From NCBI GenBank assembly GCA_039545335.1, contig BCIN01000002.1, positions 1,970,484 to 2,034,483 of the forward strand: a DNA stretch of 64,000 nt, in the 5' to 3' direction. Source of the stretch: Kondoa subrosea. Taxonomy: Eukaryota. Position 1 is the stretch's first letter; every line of letters begins with the position of its first letter. The position numbers and the translations under genes were made by a program. Positions 41,803-54,680 of this stretch are shown piece by piece. The notes beneath the pieces are model-generated. The model was not told where the DNA came from and made no database searches. It worked only from the letters and a program-made list of their open reading frames with translations.

Positions 41803-42648
41803 TCATTTGCTGCCAAAACCGTTATTTGCCTCCTGCTTGAGCTTCTTAAATCGGCTTGAAATTTGACACGTCATGTAGATGAGAAAGCCAGTTTCTACGA
41901 AAGCTGATATGGCGGCCAACACAAGAAAGACTCGAAGAGCTATTATCGCATTCAGGGCCTTCGCTTGATTTTCTGCATCACTTTGAGACCGGAGAGTATA
42001 ATCGCCAAGGAGAAAAGTTGCAGCTGTGAGGTAGAGAGCAGTGACAGTTGCTATTATGAAGATATTGCAAATGCAATAGTTTCGCTGGCGCAGAGTATAG
42101 CTGCATCGTAGTATGTTAGACGTATTTCAGGTGCTTTCCCGAATGACGCGCACCTTCCTGATATCCAGCGGCCACAGAGCCATGACAAACCAAGATAGAT
42201 AAATGTCATCAATCCAGCAGTCAATGAGACGGTTCCAATGAAGAACATAGTCGAACAGTCATCTTGATAGAGACCTTTGTTCCGGTAACCAACGTAATCT
42301 GATGCACAACGGATGTCATTACTGCTGCATAGATCAGCCTTACGTAATGACTGCGAAAGACCTTTCTGCTCACTCTTGGTCCGTGTCTCTGATCAACAAC
42401 CCGCCAAAGACTGAGCAGATGATCCCAAGGCATAACAGTAACACCAGATTGCTTCGCGACAACCATTTGAGGCCTCTGTGCATTGAAATATTGACATGTT
42501 GATGTTTCAAAGAAATGTGTCCTCCTTCTGTATCGCCAGCCAAATACGCTGTGCTTTCATAGGCTGGAGGTATTTGCGCAGAGCCAGATAGATTCTGCAG
42601 CTTAACGGATGAGTTCCAGTTGCTTTGCTGCTGATCTTGTTTCGTCAT
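41803..42648 (-). CDS. Hypothetical protein with about 4 TM segments, multi-exon
   Basis: PPAY motif near the N-terminus, then four hydrophobic segments across spliced exons (LVLLLCLGIICSVFGGLLI; MFFIGTVSLTAGLMTFIYLGL; IFIIATVTALYLTAATFLL; IIALRVFLVLAAISAFVETGFLIYM). Confidence 0.55.
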
Positions 42649-43044
42649 TGTGATGTTCGAACTTGAAAGAGCACTGTGTATATAGGATGTATAGGCCAGG
42701 GCAGGTCGTCTCCTCAAGAATGATGTTATGGCTAAGTGAAACAAATTAAGGCGAGCCAAGCGAAAAACGCCAAGAACAAGTCCGGGTGTCATACTCCGCC
42801 GCCGCGAAACCGGGCGGCTGTTCTGAGAAATCGAAGACAGCACAGCATACTGTAGCTAAGGTGCGGCTATGGTATGAGTACCAGCGGCAGTGCAAATGAC
42901 TCGACAGAGGGAGAGAGTAGATGAAAGATGGGGAAAAGAGAAATACATCAAAAACCGATCAGAGTACTGCTCATAATAGGAGATTGCTGGTCTGGTGGAG
43001 TTTTGACCACAGGTGCAGGGACCTCACGGAGAACCTGTCTTCAT

Positions 43045-45234
43045 TTAATCAAAAACCCATTCTTGGATACTGTTTCCTTCAGGCAAATTATCCAACGCCA
43101 ACAGCATATCATTCTCTTCCACATCAGAAGAAGGCACAGTGTAGGAATGGTTCTGTTTCATTTTCTTGTTGGGCGAAGGCGAAGCAAAATACGGTATGAA
43201 TTGAGTTTGAGATGAAATGATTTCCTCTTCTTCCTCTTCATCATCGTCCACAACCTCTCCAGCTCCATTTGAGATGGCATGAGAGTGCGAAGGGAAAGAT
43301 GGACCAGCTTTTACCAACTTTGCTAAAGCTTGCAATTGTTCTTCTTGCTTTCTTGCCAATTGTGACGGGAGTTCACAAGTCTTGCTAGAAGTAGAATCTC
43401 GAGCAAAGAAGTCTTGCATCTCCTTCTGCTGTACTGCAGGTATCGAACCAGCCCAAGCATCTTGTTTAATAGCTTTGAAGCCGACTCTCTTTTTCTGCTT
43501 TTTCTGCGCATCAACTGTTTGGCTTCCCTTCCCTGACTCTTCGTTGCATAGGAGAGATGGAGGGAATTGCGTTTCCCCTAATCCTTCTTCCACTTCTTCC
43601 TCTGCAGGCTCTTCGAATAGTAATTGAGGATAAAATTGTGAATCTTCCACTGTAGTATTCGCTTCATCTTCGTTTTCTGCATCCTCTTCTTCAACCTCAT
43701 CTTCTTCCTGTTCTATCATGGTAGGGAATTGAGTTTCTTCCATCAACACTCTCTTTCCCTTGCTTTTCCTTTTCACAGGTGAACAGCGCAAGATCGATTT
43801 GATTGGCGAGGTACGTGATTTCGAAGGACTCAATGCCTTTTGTTCTGGAGATGCTAGATCAAGGTGCGAAGAGCTTGGTGAGGAAGTAGGAACAGTAGTT
43901 AAATCGACGAAAGAAACTTTCTTTGCAGGTGATTTGGTAGGTGATTTCAAGAACAGTGGAATAAAAGGTTGCGTAGATTTATCAACGAAAGATTCGATGA
44001 TTTGGGTTGGTTGAGTTGCTGCGAAGAGATTTTTCCGAGGTGATTTCAGTAAACGAGGAACAAACGGTTGAGTGGAAACGTCTTCGAAGGATTCAATAAT
44101 TTGAGTACATTGATCAGAAGGCATAATAGACAGTTTATTCGACCTAGCAGGCGGAAGAAATTCTTGAGATTCGCTGTCTTGAACAATGGGAATAGCTTGA
44201 GATTGCTTTATTGCAGCTTTAGATGCCGCAATGACAGATTGGGTATTGAGAGTATGTGATTCTTGACTTGGTCTTGGGCTTTGGCTTGACCGGGAACAAT
44301 TTTGACTCGCTACTGGTTGAGATTGTGCTTGATCGATAACAGGTAAAGAGTGAGAAGTGCTGATCGATGAGAAAGAAGGAGCTGAGATGCTTCTCATCAA
44401 AGATTTTGGCGGCAGCCAAGGGATAGAATCCTGCATAAGACACTTAAAAATGACGGGGACCGGATGAGAACGATGACATACCTCGCTCTCTGTCGCCTTC
44501 GATTGTAAGCTATCGTCCTCTGTCCTGGGAAGATCCGGGCCAACATCCTGATGAATAGCAGACCGAGCGACCTCGTCTTGCATCTCTTGATCCATCGCGA
44601 CACCTTGCACTGGAGCTTGCGACGAAGGTACGGATGTCATTCGCCTGACGATTTCTTCAGCTTCGGCTTCATCGTCGTCGACTTCTTCAACTGTCGGAAC
44701 AGGAGCAGCAACAGATGCCTTGACTGTTTTGCGTTTAGGAAGACTAGGTGGTTCCAACGGTTCATACTGAAGGTTGTTCCTCAAGAACTTGATATGCTTC
44801 TCTTGAGCAGGTCTCAGCCGTTCATGATAGCTAAGTTGTGACATATCCTCGATACCTTCAATTCCCTCTGGTTGGCTAGGCAGAACAGATGTAGAGGCCA
44901 CGGGTTGATGATTGACTTTAAGTTTCTTACGAGTAGGTTCATCTGATGGTTCTTGAGTTACCGGTCGCACATAGCTGGCTTCATCGTCCGTTGCCCAACT
45001 CATGCGCTTGTTTCGCAGAGGTGCTTTCGCTCGAGGGACAATGACTGCTTTGCCTTTACCCTTGATCGTCGATGACGATGCAGATGTGGAAGCTTCACCG
45101 ACAGCTTGACTAGGTTTGGGAGCAAACGACAGTGCAGATTGACTTAGAACAGGTTTCTTGCTTTCTACAGGTTTTTTGACTGAAGGAACTCTGGATTTGC
45201 CCTTGAAAAGCTTCTCCTGCTTGAGCTTCGCCAT
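43045..45234 (-). CDS. Hypothetical disordered protein rich in SQ/TQ and SP-x-K motifs
   Basis: 729-codon ORF, basic N-terminus, acidic tracts, internal 33-aa duplication; 3' end may be extended by splicing. Confidence 0.7.
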   Translation of the reverse strand: MAKLKQEKLFKGKSRVPSVKKPVESKKPVLSQSALSFAPKPSQAVGEASTSASSSTIKGKGKAVIVPRAKAPLRNKRMSWATDDEASYVRPVTQEPSDEPTRKKLKVNHQPVASTSVLPSQPEGIEGIEDMSQLSYHERLRPAQEKHIKFLRNNLQYEPLEPPSLPKRKTVKASVAAPVPTVEEVDDDEAEAEEIVRRMTSVPSSQAPVQGVAMDQEMQDEVARSAIHQDVGPDLPRTEDDSLQSKATESEVCHRSHPVPVIFKCLMQDSIPWLPPKSLMRSISAPSFSSISTSHSLPVIDQAQSQPVASQNCSRSSQSPRPSQESHTLNTQSVIAASKAAIKQSQAIPIVQDSESQEFLPPARSNKLSIMPSDQCTQIIESFEDVSTQPFVPRLLKSPRKNLFAATQPTQIIESFVDKSTQPFIPLFLKSPTKSPAKKVSFVDLTTVPTSSPSSSHLDLASPEQKALSPSKSRTSPIKSILRCSPVKRKSKGKRVLMEETQFPTMIEQEEDEVEEEDAENEDEANTTVEDSQFYPQLLFEEPAEEEVEEGLGETQFPPSLLCNEESGKGSQTVDAQKKQKKRVGFKAIKQDAWAGSIPAVQQKEMQDFFARDSTSSKTCELPSQLARKQEEQLQALAKLVKAGPSFPSHSHAISNGAGEVVDDDEEEEEEIISSQTQFIPYFASPSPNKKMKQNHSYTVPSSDVEENDMLLALDNLPEGNSIQEWVFD

Positions 45235-45243
45235 TGCTGAGTT

Positions 45244-45333
45244 CCAATCAGGCTACAGCTGAGTTGAGTCACGGTCAAGAGAAAACAAACAAGAACGCGG
45301 AGATCGGCGGAAAATTCGAAGACCTTTGATTGG
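45244..45333. promoter_or_regulatory. Two oppositely oriented CCAAT boxes in the bidirectional promoter upstream of the aconitase gene
   Basis: CCAAT at 45244-45248 (+) and 45329-45333 (-); the minus-strand copy reads CCAAT-N12-AAT. Confidence 0.4.
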
Positions 45334-45411
45334 CTACAGTGACTTGGTCGATACCCTATAGAGAGTCTTTCACTACTATCGCGAATACCGTCCGCTTCGA
45401 TATCTGGAGCC

Positions 45412-48400
45412 ATGCTGTCTAAATCGTTGAAATCACGAAGTTTCGCTACTCACCTCAATGCACCGATCATTGCTCAAAAGACAAGCACAAGACTAGTGCC
45501 TCCCTATGCAAAATTGCAGCAGAACTTGAAAACAGTCAATTCCATCCTGAAAGACGCTCCTTTGACTTTGGCTGAGAAAATCTTGTATACCCATTTGAAC
45601 AATGTGGAAGAATCATTGAGCGGCAAGAGTCATGGAGATCTTCGAGGACAGGCTTACTTAAAACTTAAACCGGATCGAGTTGCTTTACAAGACGCTTCAG
45701 CTCAAATGGCCTTATTGCAATTCTCAACTTGTGGAGCGGATAGAACTGCTGTGCCTACAAGTGTTCATTGCGATCACTTGATTTCAGCTTACGAAGGTGC
45801 CGAAGCTGATCTCAAGGTTTGTAATGTTCACGAGCTTGCGACGAAATTTCTAGTAATGCTTGGCGAGACAGAGAGCTGTCGTATCCAATAAAGAGGTCTT
45901 TGATTTCCTTGAATCCGCAAGCAGGAAATATGGTATCGAGTTCTGGAGACGTGTGTTGAGCACTGCCTGCAAGATGTACTGTAGCTTATCAATCTTTTAC
46001 AGCTGGATCTGGTATTATTCATCAGATAGTCCTCGAAAGTCAGTCGAGAAGATCCACATTTTCTCGGCTATACTAACTGTAACATGTATAGACTACTCTG
46101 CACCCGGGCTGCTCATGCTCGGATGTGATAGCCATACCCCAAATGCAGGCGGCCTGGGTGCAATTGCCATCGGTGTAGGAGGGTAAGTGTCACACATTGA
46201 ATAATATTCAATAATACGAAGAGAGAACTCATGCTAAACAGAGCTGACGCCGTGGACGCTATGACTGCCACTCCTTGGGAATTGAAAGCGCCTAAAATCA
46301 TTGGAGTCGAACTCAAAGGCGAACTTAGTGGTTGGGCGAGTCCTAAAGATTTAGTGTTGAACTTGGTCGGTCGATTGACTGTTAGGGTATGCCCAAATTG
46401 CACTTTCCGTTCGGGTTAAATAGTGATAACTAGTCAGGGCGGCACTGGAAGTATTATTGAATACTATGGTCCAGGTGCTGAAACTCTCAGCGCTACTGGA
46501 ATGTGAGCATTTCCTTTATAAATACAATTGTATAAGGCTGATTTTTTCTTAAGGGCCACAATCTGCAACGTCAGTCGCATTCAGCTTGACCTCGATTATT
46601 AGCTGAGCTTGATTCGGCATTATAGATGGGCGCTGAAGTTGGAGCTACTACTTCCCTCTTCCCTTACTCCTCCAAGATGAAAACCTACCTGCAAGCTACA
46701 GGTCGTGATGGAGTGGCAAGAGAGGCAGATCAAGCTACCTCGACTGGTTTACTCTCAGCTTCACCTAACGCTTCTTACGATCAACACATCTCCATCGATC
46801 TATCTACTATCGAACCGCATCTCAATGGTCCTTTCACTCCAGATCTATCAACACCTCTATCCAAGTTCGCCAGTCTAGTCAAAGAAAAAGGGTGGAAAGA
46901 CGAGATTTCAGCTGGTCTGATAGGCAGTTGCACGAACTCGAGTTACGAAGATATGGGAAGAGTGGTTTCGATCGCTAAACAAGCTCAAGAGAAAGGGCTC
47001 AAGATGAAAACGAGCTTCATGGCCACTCCTGGATCTGAACTCATCAACGCTACTATCTCAAGAGATGGCTATACAGTAAGATTCATTCTCTTTGTCCGCA
47101 TTTACGGCTGATGTGCGATCTCAGCAAACTCTCGAGGATGTCGGAGCTGTGGTGCTTTCCAATGCTTGTGGTCCTTGTATTGGTCAGTGGGATCGAAAGG
47201 AACTAAAAGGCGAAGAGAATGGTATGTCGTCTCTTGCAATTAGCTGTGGCCGACCTAATTCATCGCAGCCATTCTGACATCTTTCAACCGTAACTTTAAG
47301 GGTAGAAACGACGGCAATACCAAGACTATGAACTTCCTCGCCTCGCCAGATCTAGTGACTGCAATGTCGTTCTCAGGCAAACTCTCTTTCAATCCTCTAC
47401 ACGACGAATTGATAGGCGCTGATGGCAAACCTTTCCGTTTCACACCTCCTTCAGCCGATGAACTACCCTCAACAGGATTCACTCCTGGTGACCTCACTTT
47501 CCTTCCCTCTGCTTCAACTACACCGGATCCAACGGCCGAAATCGTGATATCACCAACGTCGAACCGACTGGAAAGGTTAGAAGCCTTCAAACCTCATTTC
47601 TCGCAAAGTCAGGTCGACAGCTCAGAAGTCCTGGAATTGGACGGAATGAAGTGTTTGTTCAGAGTGAGAGGCAAATGCACAACGGATGAGATTTCGGCTG
47701 CTGGACCTTGGTTGAAGTTTAAAGGTGAGTAAAAGAATCAATTTACTCGTTTGAGAAATCTGACGAGGTCTTTAGGTCATTTGAGCAACATAGCGGAAAA
47801 CACCTATATGTTAGTGCTATGTTAATGCGATCGGTGATGAGTTTTGATTAAAATTGATCTTTGACAGTGGAGCAATGAACGATCAGACAAGTAAAGTCAA
47901 TACTGCGATAGATTACCAAGATGGTCAAGAACGGACGATACCGGAAACCGCTAAGCTCTGGCGATCAAGGAATCAAGCATGGATGCTCGTGGGCGATGTG
48001 AGCTTGCTTCACTTTGTAACAAGCAGAAGCTGATTTACTCAATCCAGTTCAACTTTGGAGAAGGAAGCGCTCGTGAACATGCTGCACTGCAACCAAGGAT
48101 ATTAGGCTGTAAGGTCATCTGCGTGTAAGTCTTTGCCTCTGTCGAGTGGAATGCCTCTTAAGCTTTTTGCTTTTTTTGTTAGACGATCCTTTGCAAGGAT
48201 TCACGAAACAAATCTTAAAAAGCAAGGCATCTTGCCACTGACATTCAAAAACCCAGACGATTATAAGCTCATCAGGTACGTAGGACGCATGATAGATTGT
48301 GCACGCTTTGATGAGAATTTCTTCTAGCGGCGGCGATGATGTACAAACGCTTGGCTTGGGCGACTTACTGCGAGGTAAGATGGATGTGCAGCTCAAGCTA

Positions 48401-48579
48401 AAAGTCACGACACCTGCTGGGGAATCTCGCGAGATACCCGTGTCGCATACAATGTCAAGCGATCAGCTAGAATGGTAAATTTCATCACTTGCTCAAGCGA
48501 AACAATTACTCATCTTTCACTCAGGTTGAAAGCTGGTTCGGCATTGAACTATATCGGTGCTAACTTAGCCAAAGCATAG
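45412..48579 (+). CDS. ACO2: Mitochondrial aconitase family, Aco2/AcoB type, multi-exon
   Basis: [14 protein letters not shown] (Aco2-type), [78 protein letters not shown]. Confidence 0.9.
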
Positions 48580-48643
48580 TCAGCTCATTGCATCTTTGTA
48601 AATTGCATGTATTTTTGGGTTTCCAATCTCTTGTTCCCTTGCC

Positions 48644-49946
48644 ATGACCCGCTCTTTGATCTGTCGCTGTACCAAAACGCCTCGCAAATCTGTCGCTCGG
48701 ACTCTCTCCACAAGCTGCAGATCATTGGAAGAGTCAACACCCTCGGCGGCTTCGATAAGCAAAAGTTGGAAACCTGCTCTACCGGTTGGGCAGCTTCCAG
48801 CGTACGATGAAGCTTTGAATTACATACAAGAGGACAGCAAGCGATGTAAGGAGCGATTGCAAGCGTTGCAGCAGCGGGTGTCGAGCAGTAAAAGCGAGCA
48901 AGAGGTTGATCAACTCAAAGCTGAGCTGGAAGCATTGGAAGTCGAGAGCGAGATCAACGATCCAGAGATCAGATGGCAGTTCCGTAATGGTCAAAGTATG
49001 CTGACTCCTGTAATGTTGAGCAAAATGCTGAACTATGATTGTTCAGTCGATACTTCTAAAGCGGTTCATAGAGCTATGGCAGATAAACAGTGGAGGAAGT
49101 CAGGTCAACTGGCTCTGCTAGTACGTCAGATCAATCTCTGGGCAGTCTGCGCTCATACAACGAGAAGATGGAACGCTTGAGATCTTCTCATGTTATACCA
49201 GACGTTCTACCGTCCCTCAACCCAACGGCGGAATTATCAGCACACCTGCCAAACGGCAAATTCTTGAAAGAAGACACTCTAATTCTACCCGAAGATGTAA
49301 GGCTTGTTGAGCGATTTGCGTGTAATTGTGCCTAACTCAATTCATTTTCCAGGTTCAAACAGCGCCGAAGCTGAACGTTCGACTCATGCACACAGATACA
49401 AGGCATTACTCCATAATACTGATAGATCCAGGTAATTCCTCATCTTTTTCAGCCGGACGTATACTAAGTTTACGCGACCAGACGTGCCGAATGAAGCGAC
49501 AGAGCGATACGATACGTATTGTCATCACCTTACGTAAGCCCTGATAGCTTGTTACGATGATCGCTGACCAATCTCTGTGCAGCATCGACATACCTCTTTC
49601 CGCTTCAAGCTCTATCATCGACCTTGATCAGTCGGTTGTTCTACCCTATGTAGCGCCGCGACCGCCTCAAGGCTCTGGTATACATCGATACGTCTATGCT
49701 CTGTTGGAACAACCCTCCAGTAAATTATCGCTCGATGAAACCGATCAAACGAGAGAAAATCTCGATCTCAGAGACTTCATTTCCAAGCACAACCTCAAAC
49801 TTGTTGGCGCACATTACTTCCGTACCCAATGGTCACCTGCTATCAGCGGACAAGTTTCAGCTCGGTATGGTAAAACACCGAAGATTGATCTTTACACCCT
49901 CTCTTCTGGCGCCGAACACAGAAGGACAGCTGTGACAGCAGAATAA
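48644..49946 (+). CDS. MRPL35: Mitochondrial ribosomal protein mL38 (PEBP family), multi-exon
   Basis: Presequence, LPAYDEAL, EINDPEIRWQF, HVIPDVLP, YSIILIDPDVP, PYVAPRPPQGSGIHRY, GAHYFRTQW. Confidence 0.88.
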
Positions 49947-50227
49947 AGCGTTTTGTAGCAGCTGAAATGTATTTGTCGCCTTGACTTGTGATTTAATTTA
50001 AATCGCATGGCACGTTTATCCATACCGCGACTTGATACACGTTCAACCCTTGCTCGGCAGCTTGTCCATACATAAGTATACCAGTCGAAGACACGTAGCA
50101 ACAGGAGCAACACACGGAACAGCTTGATTCCTAGCGTTCCGACTCGACTTTCTTGATTTGTTCCATTTCTTCGACACCTGACGTTGAAGGAGAGGGACAC
50201 GGATCAAGGATAGTCAGCCTTCAGTGC

Positions 50228-53200
50228 ATGAACACAATCTTAATACAACCTACTTTGCATGACTGTTACCGTGCAAATAAGCTCGATGCCTTCAAGGACA
50301 TCTTGCGACCTCCAGCGACCTCGTCTTCGAGCAACAATAGTAGAAGATCAGGCAATGCTTCAAGTCTTTCTCGATCGCCTGGATCCTCAAGATTCGAAAG
50401 TCTAGCTTCGTCAAATGCATCTAGCAATATAGTCAATCGAAGGGACCTACAAGGCAGAACAGTCCTGCACTTGGCCGCGTCTCGATGTGATGAACAAGGT
50501 CAAGCATTTTTATTTGCCCTCTTGGCTTGTCCGACTATCAATATCAATCTACAAGATTACGAATCTGGTTGGACTGCTTTACATCGGTCTGTTACCTTCA
50601 TTAGGCGAGCAGAGGCCAATGACTGAGATCCTATTTTTCAGAGCTTTCTATGCTGGCAACCTAATTGGCGCTAGAGCTCTCGCCATGAGAAATGATTGCG
50701 AATCTTCAATCAAAGATAATGAAGGTTTATCAGCTGCTGATCTTTGGAACGCAACTATCGAAGGAACTTCTCCTGCTGATTCGGCTTTGGGTAGACAAGA
50801 ACTCTTTACCTGGGGAAGCAATCGAAATTTCGTTTTGGGTGTTTCGGGCGATGGAGATCGACCCGTGCCAGAGAAAGTTAGCGTTCGAGCCAAACAACCA
50901 CATGGTCAAACTCCAGAACAAAGGACATTAGCTATCGCTCCCAGTGTTGACGATGTGGTCATGGCTAAGCTACACACTGCTATTCTGACGGATGAGAAAC
51001 TGGGCAATGCTAGGATGTGTGGTTTTGCAAGCGGTGGAAGATTAGGTCAGACAGGTAGAACGCAATTTGCTCTAGAACCTGTGGCCGGATTGTCGTTTAA
51101 AGTAGCAAGCGTTGCTCTGGGTTTGGATCACACTGTGATTTTGACAGATCAGGGAGATGTTTATACATTCGGTGAGCAAGCACAACTTCGCCATTATGTC
51201 AGATCTGAGTAATATCTTAGGTCTCAATCATCATGGCCAACTTGGATACGCTCTAGATCCCCCGGTCAAGGCAAACGGTAACGCTGAAGAACCTATGCAA
51301 TTATCGCCGCGACGAGTCCATGCCTTGCGCAAAGATGTTGTTAAGGGAATTGCAGCCAGCCGATATCATACAGCATGCTTTACATCGGACTCGCTTTTCA
51401 CTTGGGGAGCGTCAAAAGGTCAATTAGGCTATTCGACAAACGGAAATCAAGTTCTTCCCCGCAAAGTCGCTGTTGTTCCAGCTCCAATCACTCAAATCAT
51501 AGCAACAGAATTTGCAACTGTCGCTCTGCTCGATTCAGCTGAAGTCTTTGTCTGTTTCCGGAACGCCTATTTCAAGATGGTCTTCCCTGTCAGTCGCTTT
51601 GCATCAGAAATGTCAGTCTACAGACCTCCGACTGCTACACCTCGGCCTGCGATATGCAAAATTGCCGGCAATGGCTCTGAGATTCTGGCTATTTCGACCA
51701 TCGGCGATGTTTTCAATTGGACTCTTGACGATTCAGTGGCTGACACAGCTGCAGCCTCGCGATCAGCAGGAAGATTGTGGGATCTACGAAAGAGTCCTTC
51801 AGCCGTAGTGCATGCAGCCATATCAGCGGAAAACACCATTCTCTGCACTCGGTCAGGTCATGTGTTTGTCAAGCAGCGTCGACCAGACTCAAGTAAACAA
51901 GCAGAAACAAGAACCAATATCGTCGGTATGAGCAACGTCCCAGGTAGCGGAGGTGGCCGTCGCAATTTCAAATTCCAACGAGTCCCATTCTTACAGCGAG
52001 TGACAAAAGTGACCAGCAATGGAGCCGGTGCTTTCGCTGCCATTCGAACAGATGTCCTAGTGCAGCCTGTCTCGACGCAAGCAACTTCTCTGTCTCAAGA
52101 TCTTCTCAGTATATTGCCGCATTGGCGCAAGTGCTCAAGCAGCCAATTCGATGCCGACTGGCCATCTGTACCGGTGAATTCAATTTTATCGGTTGGAGGC
52201 GACGATGAAGCCGAAGATCAGCATATTGCTCAAGATCTCCACGACGCTGTTCGCTTGTCCCATGCCAGCTCAATATGGGACGATACTTGGTCTTCCCTCG
52301 ATTATGGAACCGATTTGTACATTGAAGCGCAAAGCAAACGAATCGCCGTACATTCCTCCATTATTGCAAGTCGAAGTCTGGTACTGAACAATCTCTTACA
52401 AGTCAAGCAATCTTCACCAAGCTCTGGCATTCTTTATCGATCCTCGAATGTGCCAATCATAACTCTTCAATCCTGTAATTTCTTCACAGCAATGCTTCTT
52501 GTACATTTCCTCTATTCGGATGGCTTTCCTTGTGTCTGGGACGCCCGTATTGCGATGTCGCACGCGGCAAGTTTCGATCGCCTGGCTTTTGGCACAATCA
52601 AGGAGGAACTACAGCGTTTGGCGCATATACTGCAATTGCCCTCTTTGGGCCGTGTTTGTGGTAGATCAGAGAAGCTCCTACCACAGCCAACCTTGGCGAA
52701 TGACATGGTTACTCTCAAGAATGGGTCAACTTCCTCAATACCGGACGTGCTACTACAACTAGCCGATACTTCGATTCACTGTCACTCGACTTTGCTCAGA
52801 TCTCGTTGTCCATTCTTCGCCGCCCTATTTGATGACGACGAATGGTTGGCAGAAAGGCGAATCTCAACCTCATCTCTTATACAAGTAGACCTGCAACACA
52901 TATCCAAGGATGTGTTTGGTCCTGTTATTCAACATATATACAGTGATTCTGACAGTCTGTTTGATAGCTCCGGTATGTATACTTGGCTATGTGATTAAGA
53001 TCCGTTTGACGATATATCACAGCTTTCTCCTCTAGCGACTCCTTCATCGATTATATATTCTTGGTAATTGCAGTGGCTAATGAACTCCTTCTGGACCGAC
53101 TCAAGGCTATATGTTCCAACGCGATCATTCCCTTCGGTGAGTTTCTGTGCACTGCCGCCTAAGTTCTACTGATGCGTGAGCAGTCGACCTTCGCAATGTC

Positions 53201-54580
53201 TGTGCAATCTTTCAAGATGCAGACTTCTATGAAGCGCGCCTGTTAGCTGATCGTTGCGCCCACTACCTGTGTTGCAACATGGAAACAGTCTTTGAGTGTC
53301 AATATCTGGTTGATCTTCCCAAGCCTCTTCTGCTCCGACTTGCAGCCTTCTCTCGGACAATGCAAGCCAAGAAATTCCCGATGGCTCGTTCGGGTGAATT
53401 AGTGCATCAATTGCTGGCGAAGCACATTGACTACTTCGAAGATTTGGATCTAGCAAAGACACCTTCCGCGCAGACAAGGCGCATCAGATCAATATCAACC
53501 AATAATGGAGCAGGCTCCATCCTGTCGTCGTCTCCTACATCTAGAGGTTGGAAAGGCCTTTCTCCGCCAGCGGCAGAATTCCAGTCGTTGCCTTCTCGAT
53601 CAAGAGCCAGAGCAAGTCCACAAGTCTCGCCGCTTGTTACAGCCGTTCCAGATACTTCGGATGACGTTCCTTTCGCTATGGACGATTTCGAGCTGGATTC
53701 CGCTCCTGCTGTCGCAACTCCTTTAAGCAGACCTGGCTGGTCCTTGCCGACACAAGCTTCTCCAGCACCTTCAGACCTACGTAACATCTTACAACAAGAA
53801 TCGATTTTGAATAGAAAACCCGCTTCTACTTCTGGTTTGCCAGCACCTGGGCCAATGTTTCGTGCAACTTCACAGAAAGATAGACGTAGAGCTTTGGTCG
53901 GTAACGAAGCGACTACGACTCCGCCTAAGGCAGCACCAGTTTGGTCAGCGCCTTCACCGGCCAGCACAAACAGCTGGCGAATTCCTGCAGCGACGCCACC
54001 CAAAATTGCGTCGCCCAACCCTATTCTCGATAGACAGTCTCCAGCATCAAGTACTGCTCTTCCTGCTCGTAATTTCGCCTCTCCTTCTCGTCCCGCAGAA
54101 CAGCGAGTAACGCCTGTCAAACCGTCTGCACCGGCTCCCTCATCCGCTATCGGCGCGCCTGTCATATCACCGGCTCGGAAAACTCCTTCCTCTGGTAATT
54201 CACGTTCGACCGTCAAATGGGCAAATTATGCATCGACTTCTTCCTCATTCTCCCCTACTCCAGTTTCACCTTCCATAGCTGAACAGGACGCTAGCTCATT
54301 TGCATATATACAATCTCAACAACATGATGAAGGGGAGATGATCCGTAATGCAAAGAAGGCGCCTAAATCCCTTGCTGAAATTCAAGAAGAAGAAGCATTC
54401 ATGATTTGGTGGACAGCAGAAGAGAAGAAGATTAAAGATGCAGAGTTGGCTGCTAACCAACCACCTTCAGGTCCCAAGAATCGCGGCGGCAAAGGTCCCC
54501 GAGGCCGTGGCAGAGGAAAAGCGAAATCTGGAGATTCGCGTCAATCGCCCAAACCAGTAGTACCTGTGAGCACACAGTAA
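50228..54580 (+). CDS. Ankyrin-RCC1-BTB protein (IBTK/Btb1-like Cul3 adaptor), multi-exon
   Basis: GRTVLHLA and DYESGWTALHRA ankyrin repeats; LFTWGSNRNFVLG, GGRLG, YTFG.N..GQLG RCC1 repeats; two BTB regions (VHSSIIASRS, CHSTLLRSRCPFF); C-terminal SLAEIQEEEAFMIWW. Confidence 0.88.
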
Positions 54581-54680
54581 TTTAGTATGACAATATTAGA
54601 GCATGTAATCAAGGTGTAGAGATTGTGAAATAGAAATGAAAGCTGGGCTTCAACTTTATAAGGGTATGTTGACAATGAAC

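Noticed and set aside
45165..45414. Minus ORF whose ATG overlaps the ACO2 ATG in a CATG palindrome
   Set aside because: No recognisable protein and no splice donor linking it to the 729-aa ORF, which has its own good ATG at 45234
53431..54216. 261-aa antisense ORF
   Set aside because: Shadow of the Ser/Pro/Ala-rich exon of the BTB gene; no motifs
54577..54636. Possible splice-through fusion of the BTB protein to PPM1 (CA|GTAATT over the stop, in-frame AG at 54619)
   Set aside because: The 43-nt intron has only a weak branch site and earlier AGs, and PPM1 has its own ATGs; this shows such in-frame joins can arise by chance
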